From IMG/VR virus record IMGVR_UViG_3300035670_000709: 35,933 nt of DNA; one strand, given 5' to 3'. Shown here in pieces: positions 31,986-35,933 of this stretch. A program made the position numbers and the translations under genes. Position 1 is the stretch's first letter. Each line of letters starts with the position of its first letter. The DNA is from a virus. The notes beneath the pieces are model-generated. The model did no database searches. It worked only from the letters and a program-made list of their open reading frames with translations, and was not told the DNA's origin.

Positions 31986-32017
31986 GCCGGGCGCTGTAAG
32001 GTTGCCCGGCTTTTTTT
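31986..32017 (+). terminator. Rho-independent terminator 2
   Basis: gccgggc / gcccggc stem, 11-nt loop, then ttttttt at 32011-32017. Confidence 0.75.
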
Positions 32018-32095
32018 AAAATGCGGGATATCGAGGCGCGCCCTTCCAGCATACGCTGGAGGCCTGCGGATGTCAGTAAAAATATTTGCTTTATT

Positions 32096-32129
32096 TTTGT
32101 GCGCATAAAAATAAAAGCGCGTATCTTTG
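32096..32129 (+). promoter_or_regulatory. Early promoter A with conserved 16-mer tgcgcataaaaataaa and -7 box TATCTTTG
   Basis: TTTG at 32096-32099, 16-mer at 32100-32115, TATCTTTG at 32122-32129. The 16-mer and the octamer are repeated at 32818-32846. Confidence 0.55.
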
Positions 32130-32161
32130 CAGCACATTATTCACCTTTTAAATTTACTACC

Positions 32162-32542
32162 ATGCAAGATGTAACGATCAGATTTTACTACCTTACCGAA
32201 AACAATCACGAATGCCTTATCGAATGCACCAAGCGCCCGGACGGCTGGGAGCCGACGCGGGTAGAGCCGGAGCCGCCGGAATGGTTTACTATTCAGGAGT
32301 TGGACACCATCAGCGCAAGGGCTGCCGGGCTACATCAAGCCATTGTTTATCAGGGATATGCCCGTGCAGGCCGTTACTTTTCGGACGAAGCGGAACTGGC
32401 AGCCCGCGAATTAGAGGATGCCCGCGAATCATGGGGGCGAATCCAAACCGAACTCGATCGGGTTAAGCACATGGAGCGACAGGCTGAATTGCGGGTGCGT
32501 TCCATCGAATCAGAAATCAAAGACAAATTCAGGAATGGATAA
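32162..32542 (+). CDS. Hypothetical early protein (126 aa) with coiled-coil C-terminus
   Basis: Internal ATG (MQDVTIRFYY...) of track ORF 32021..32542. The longer form would run through terminator 2 and promoter A. Confidence 0.6.
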   Translation: MQDVTIRFYYLTENNHECLIECTKRPDGWEPTRVEPEPPEWFTIQELDTISARAAGLHQAIVYQGYARAGRYFSDEAELAARELEDARESWGRIQTELDRVKHMERQAELRVRSIESEIKDKFRNG

Positions 32543-32681
32543 AAAAAGAGGTCGCCCAAAAAAGAACAGGCTTTCGGCTAACATTACACTTCCCGCCGAC
32601 CTGCACGAGGCGACAAAAAAAGACAGGAGCGAAACGGTAGAAAAAGCGCTTCGAAAGTATCTCAAAGAAATTCAGCAATGA
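32535..32681 (+). CDS. Ribbon-helix-helix (CopG/Arc-like) DNA-binding protein with AT-hook-like N-terminus (48 aa)
   Basis: MDKKRGRPKKNRLSANITLPADLHEATKKDRSETVEKALRKYLKEIQQ has a GRP AT-hook core, then the beta strand (ITLPADL), helix, helix pattern of RHH proteins. ATGGATAA overlap with the upstream gene. Confidence 0.55.
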   Translation: MDKKRGRPKKNRLSANITLPADLHEATKKDRSETVEKALRKYLKEIQQ

Positions 32682-32738
32682 TAGTTCGGCAAACGAGCCG
32701 GGCGCGACAGGCAAGATTTTTTAGTGGTAAATTCGGAA

Positions 32739-32766
32739 AGCGGCGCTGGAAAGTGCCGCTTTTTTT
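32739..32766 (+). terminator. Rho-independent terminator
   Basis: agcggc / gccgct stem, 10-nt loop, then tttttt. Confidence 0.75.
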
Positions 32767-32816
32767 ATTGGTTTGAGCGCTCCTGAATTTTTTTTGAAAA
32801 AAAGTTGGGTATTTTC

Positions 32817-32846
32817 TTGCGCATAAAAATAAAGGCTGTATCTTTG
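32817..32846 (+). promoter_or_regulatory. Early promoter B (second copy of 16-mer tgcgcataaaaataaa plus TATCTTTG)
   Basis: TTG at 32817-32819, 16-mer at 32818-32833, TATCTTTG at 32839-32846. Preceded by the T8-G-A7 tract at 32788-32803. Confidence 0.55.
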
Positions 32847-32878
32847 TACCGTTAACTTGATAATTAAAATTTTGCAAC

Positions 32879-33184
32879 GTGAACGATTTATTTTCCTCCA
32901 TTTTCTTCAAAGACCGCCTAAACGTTGACCTTGACTTTTATGTCGCTAAATTTGACAACAGCGATATTGTCGAGCCGACAGAAGCCTTTAAAAACGGCGA
33001 GCCGGTACAAGTTTCCCAAATTCCGGTTCTTGCGCGCCTATACCTTTTGCGCGCCGTAAAAAACCAAACGGCCGAAAATGCGCTGCTTGCTGAAATGCAA
33101 TGGGACGAAACCATAGCCCGCTGGGAATCCCACCAACACGATCAAATAGACAAAACGCTCGAATCCGAAAGATGCGCGCAATAA
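32879..33184 (+). CDS. Hypothetical early protein (101 aa, GTG start)
   Basis: This is the only initiator available in this frame downstream of the stop at 32861-32863. It follows promoter B. No family recognised. Confidence 0.45.
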   Translation: MNDLFSSIFFKDRLNVDLDFYVAKFDNSDIVEPTEAFKNGEPVQVSQIPVLARLYLLRAVKNQTAENALLAEMQWDETIARWESHQHDQIDKTLESERCAQ

Positions 33185-33198
33185 ACCACCGCCCACTT

Positions 33199-33233
33199 GT
33201 GCGCCGATCATTATTATTTGTTGATCGGCGCAC
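33199..33233 (+). other. Perfect 12-bp-stem hairpin (gtgcgccgatca / tgatcggcgcac) with AT-rich 11-nt loop
   Basis: Read directly. It begins 15 nt after the stop at 33184, has no U-tract, and is followed by about 245 nt with only very small ORFs. Confidence 0.5.
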
Positions 33234-33478
33234 TAAACGGCTGCTACATGGATTATCAGCACTCGAAGTCAGGTATTGCCGAATTAGAGCGCATAAAATC
33301 CATGTTTTACCAACCGCCAAAAGAAAGGCCGCGATCGAGGTTATCACGGTTATAATGCCAAATTTCTTATCCACGATCAAACGAAAAGAGCCGCACGGCT
33401 TCCGGCTTGGAGAGTACCAGGCGGACGCGACGGGCGAATTAAAAGTGATCTAACTTTTCACCTATAAATTTTTCAACC

Positions 33479-34180
33479 ATGAAAGAGATTGCAAAAATCG
33501 AAAAAGCGGAGCTCGTCATTATTGACGACCCGCTCAAAAACTTTTTGAGCCTGACCGACTTCGGCGTGGCCATAGATGCCGACGCCAAAGAAGTCAAACT
33601 AAACAACTTCACACGCCTTGAAGAAGGCGAAAACCGCTTCCGGCTGGTGGACAAACCCGTTTACGGCGCGGAAGTGTGGTTCCGTCGCACGGCTATTAAT
33701 GAGGAAACGGGCGAGGTCATAACGGGCGACGACGGCGCGCCAAAGGTAGAGAGTGCCGTAAAGCGCTACCGTCAAGGCGAAGCGATTGTCACGCCTGCTG
33801 AATTTCGGGGCTGGCAAAAGGATAAGCCGCGCAAGTTTTTGGCCTTGCTGGTGTATTCTTACAAGTCGGGCGGGGTGGAAATCCTTACCATATCGCAGGC
33901 CAAGCTTTTCGACGACCTTTTTGAGAAGTTGCGCTTTTCCGCCGATGCGCCGAATCCTTTCAAGTCGGACTTGAAAATTATCAAGAAGTTCGACGCCAAA
34001 AAAGTGATCGGGGGCAAACCCTTCGACATCTATACCTACACGGTACAGCAAACCAAAGAAAACGACCCGCCGGCCGAACTGCTGGCCGCTTTGCGCTCGC
34101 TACCGTTCCTGCCTAACATGGACGCTTTATTCATGAATAGTGATCCTTTTGAAATTCAAAATGCCGCCACCCATGAGTAA
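33479..34180 (+). CDS. ssDNA-binding-type protein (gp32-like OB-fold pattern, tentative)
   Basis: EGENRFRLVDKP...EVWF and KPRKFLALLVYSYKSGGVEILTISQAKLFDDLFEKL resemble the G..vIRfLP / y.vNiLVv....G.V...rfg.Ki.D.i segments of gp32-type SSBs. Acidic/aromatic C-terminal tail DPFE. Next to a YqaJ exonuclease. Confidence 0.4.
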   Translation: MKEIAKIEKAELVIIDDPLKNFLSLTDFGVAIDADAKEVKLNNFTRLEEGENRFRLVDKPVYGAEVWFRRTAINEETGEVITGDDGAPKVESAVKRYRQGEAIVTPAEFRGWQKDKPRKFLALLVYSYKSGGVEILTISQAKLFDDLFEKLRFSADAPNPFKSDLKIIKKFDAKKVIGGKPFDIYTYTVQQTKENDPPAELLAALRSLPFLPNMDALFMNSDPFEIQNAATHE

Positions 34181-35231
34181 AGAAGTCGGTAACAGTCCGA
34201 ATACAGCGCCCACCAAACGAGGTGGGCGCGTATTAGCGAAATATGAGAGCCGCGCCGAATGGCTGGCACTTCGCAGCCGTGGTATCGGCGGATCGGAGAT
34301 CGGTACGGTGTTAGGCGTCAACCCGTGGAAATCCGCCAACCAGTTATTTTTTGAAAAGTTGGGGCTTTTTCAGGAAGAAGGCGCGGGCAACATGCGAATG
34401 TTCATGGGGAACTTCATGGAATCACACATCGCCGAATTGTGGCGCTTTTGGGATGGCGACGAGGCTTCATTAATGGCCAACTATGCCGAACGCAAGCCCA
34501 TAAGAAAATGTAGTTACTCAAACAGCACGATTTGGCTGGCGGAAACGCCCTACCTTATCGCCAACATTGACAGGCGTATAGATAGCGTTCCGGGCAAAAT
34601 CGGGCGCGGGGTACTGGAATGCAAGACGATCAACGGGTTTTACAGCCAACAATGGGCGGCTGGTGTGCCGCCTTCGTACCTGTATCAGATTCAACAATAC
34701 ATGCTGGTGACCGGGTATCAGTACGCCGAACTGGCACTACTCAAAGACGGCAACAGCCTGCAAGTGATCCAGTTTGACGCCGACCCGAACGCGCAACAGG
34801 TTATACGTGAAGGCGCTGAAGTTTTTTGGCAGCGCATCGAAAATGCCCGTAAGTTTGCCCTGCAATACCTGCAAGAAGAAGAAAAGCCAAACCCGGACAG
34901 ATCAGCGCTTGCAGACTACATGCGACTGGTGGAGCAGTATGAGCCAAAAGCCGACGGGTCGCCCGCGTATGAAGAATTTATGCGCAAGCGGTTTGCGGCG
35001 AACGGCGGGGAGATGAAAATAGCCACAGCGCAGGATATACGGCTGGCAAAGCGCTACGCCGAAATCAACGCACAGAAGAAAGTGCTGGAAGAAAGCAGAC
35101 AGGAGGTCGCAAACGAACTGATGCGGCGAATCGGCGACGGCGACGGCATAGACATGGGCGACCTTGGTAAGGTGACGTGGAAAGCCAACGATAAAGGGGT
35201 GCGGGTTTTGCGGGTTGCCACCAAGATTTGA
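34173..35231 (+). CDS. YqaJ-type (lambda-exonuclease-like, PD-(D/E)XK) recombination exonuclease with C-terminal extension
   Basis: EWLALRSRGIGGSEIGTVLGVNPWKSANQLFFEKLG matches the YqaJ N-terminal signature. IANIDRR and GVLECKT give D...E.K. ATG 34173 (ATGAGTAA overlap) is chosen over track start 34140. Confidence 0.8.
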   Translation: MSKEVGNSPNTAPTKRGGRVLAKYESRAEWLALRSRGIGGSEIGTVLGVNPWKSANQLFFEKLGLFQEEGAGNMRMFMGNFMESHIAELWRFWDGDEASLMANYAERKPIRKCSYSNSTIWLAETPYLIANIDRRIDSVPGKIGRGVLECKTINGFYSQQWAAGVPPSYLYQIQQYMLVTGYQYAELALLKDGNSLQVIQFDADPNAQQVIREGAEVFWQRIENARKFALQYLQEEEKPNPDRSALADYMRLVEQYEPKADGSPAYEEFMRKRFAANGGEMKIATAQDIRLAKRYAEINAQKKVLEESRQEVANELMRRIGDGDGIDMGDLGKVTWKANDKGVRVLRVATKI

Positions 35232-35264
35232 GAACGAGACTTGTTGCATAGATGTTATTCTGCT

Positions 35265-35296
35265 ATCGGCGCGGATGAAAATTAGCGCCGATTTTA
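35265..35296 (+). terminator. Terminator hairpin after the exonuclease gene
   Basis: atcggcgc / gcgccgat perfect 8-bp stem, 12-nt loop, followed by tttta. Confidence 0.6.
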
Positions 35297-35297
35297 C

Positions 35298-35375
35298 GAC
35301 CGAACGCGGCTGGCTGGGAAGCAGCGATTTTTCTGAGGGCAGTTTTTTTAACGGGTTCGAATCCCGGTTCGGTCA
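35298..35375 (+). ncRNA. tRNA-like element with canonical acceptor stem and T-arm but aberrant anticodon arm
   Basis: Acceptor stem gaccgaa (35298-35304) pairs perfectly with ttcggtc (35368-35374). T-arm is cggg-TTCGAAT-cccg. D-arm candidate is gctg...cagc with a GG in the loop. The central region gatttttCTGagggCAGtttttttaa has no convincing 5-bp stem and 7-nt loop. No CCA is encoded. Confidence 0.4.
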
Positions 35376-35395
35376 CTCACTTTCATGAGGCTACA

Positions 35396-35427
35396 ACACG
35401 GCGGTTGCAAAAGAGTGGCCGCCGTGT
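35396..35427 (+). other. Hairpin downstream of the tRNA-like element (acacggcgg / ccgccgtgt, 9 bp)
   Basis: Perfect inverted repeat with a 14-nt loop. Only tt follows, so terminator function is uncertain. Confidence 0.35.
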
Positions 35428-35452
35428 TTAGAAAAAAATTAACTACTGAAAT

Positions 35453-35933
35453 ATGTCTAAGATAGCAATTATTGAAATTCAGGCGGGGAAATACAACCCG
35501 CACGGCAAAACGATCGTAAGCAACTGCTATATCGCCACGATCGACGTGGTACGGGTGGATTATGAAACGGGCGAATGTAGCCGGGCGAACTTCACCGTCA
35601 ACCCGATGCAGAACGAGGCAAAGGTGGCCACAGCCCGAAAATTACCCCGAACGCCGTTTGAAAGTATCGCGTGGGACGTGAAAGAGTATTTGGAAGGTTG
35701 CGACTTTATGGGTTTTTCGATCCGGCGCCTCGACCTGCCTTTACTCGCTGAAGAATTTGCCCGTTCAGGCATTGATAATTTCCCGCACGAAAGTGCGTCC
35801 ATAATTGACATTCAAAGCATCTATCACCAAATGGAGCCGCGCAATTTCGCCGCCGCTGTAAAGTTCTACCTCAACAGGGAATACTTAGCCCCCCAAAGAA
35901 ACACGGGCGACGTGGAACTGGTACGTCAAATAT
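35453..35933 (+). CDS. N-terminal part of the junction-spanning DEDD-exonuclease-like ORF (continues at position 128 of the window after collapsing the overlap)
   Basis: My translation is MSKIAIIEIQAGKYNPHGKT...CYIATIDVVRVDYETGE...CDFMGFSIRRLDLPLLAEEFARSGI...IIDIQSIYHQMEPRN. It is open to the window end, so it is absent from the ORF track, and it is in frame with 25..387. Confidence 0.55.
   Translation, partial: MSKIAIIEIQAGKYNPHGKTIVSNCYIATIDVVRVDYETGECSRANFTVNPMQNEAKVATARKLPRTPFESIAWDVKEYLEGCDFMGFSIRRLDLPLLAEEFARSGIDNFPHESASIIDIQSIYHQMEPRNFAAAVKFYLNREYLAPQRNTGDVELVRQI
35807..35933. repeat. Terminal direct repeat, copy 2 (identical to 1-127)
   Basis: See copy 1. Confidence 0.95.

Noticed and set aside
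31887-32108. 73-aa plus-strand ORF
   Set aside because: It runs straight through two intrinsic terminators and into promoter A. Its hydrophobic sequence is a by-product of T-rich terminator tails.
32988-33453. 130-aa minus-strand ORF (32988-33380) and 117-aa plus-strand ORF (33100-33453)
   Set aside because: Both overlap the 32879-33184 gene and span the 12-bp-stem hairpin. Their sequences are Arg-rich with no motifs. Only the last 32 codons of the plus ORF (33355-33453) could be a separate mini-gene, and that is unsupported.
35298-35375. Interpreting the tRNA-like segment as an attP core for integration into a host tRNA gene
   Set aside because: The closed genome encodes no recognisable tyrosine or serine recombinase. 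The element also includes the 5' acceptor strand and a D-arm, not just a 3' tRNA fragment. It is kept as a tRNA-like element instead.

Overview
The window is one complete dsDNA tailed-phage genome. Bases 1-127 are identical to 35807-35933, so the contig closes on itself and the unique length is about 35,806 bp. An ORF split by the linearisation point is restored when the ends are joined. All but two genes are on the + strand.

Gene order:
- Junction-spanning exonuclease-like gene.
- Replication genes: DUF4373-type initiator, DnaC-like loader, PD-(D/E)XK nuclease.
- Membrane-anchored GH24 lysozyme and a dNMP-kinase-like gene.
- Packaging genes: HNH, terS, terL.
- A methyltransferase plus two glycosyltransferases inserted between terL and portal.
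- HK97-type head module: portal, S78-type protease, capsid with delta domain.
- Connector and neck genes.
- Siphovirus tail module: major tail protein, G/G-T chaperone with a canonical A_AAA_AAG -1 frameshift, 829-aa tape measure.
- An 819-aa hub-like protein, a DUF3168-like protein, and a 1709-aa repetitive fibre with a signal-peptide-like N-terminus.
- Small TM proteins plus an M15 peptidase (lysis), then a metallophosphoesterase.
- A two-gene minus-strand operon.
- Short early cassettes bounded by promoters and terminators.
- An SSB-like gene and a YqaJ exonuclease.
- A tRNA-like element.

No integrase, CRISPR array, rRNA or transposase was seen. Three features point to a Bacteroidota host (inference only): TAnnTTTG -7 boxes, A-rich start contexts with no Shine-Dalgarno, and the families present.

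The most unusual items:
- The late-operon glycosylation-type cassette.
- The Sec-signal-like N-termini on the giant fibre and its neighbour.
- A C-terminal module shared by two consecutive tail proteins, one carrying a displaced DUF3168-like domain.
- The AT-rich minus-strand membrane-protein operon.
- A duplicated promoter/operator block.
- A tRNA-like element with an aberrant anticodon arm.

All family assignments come from motif reading by eye, not from searches.
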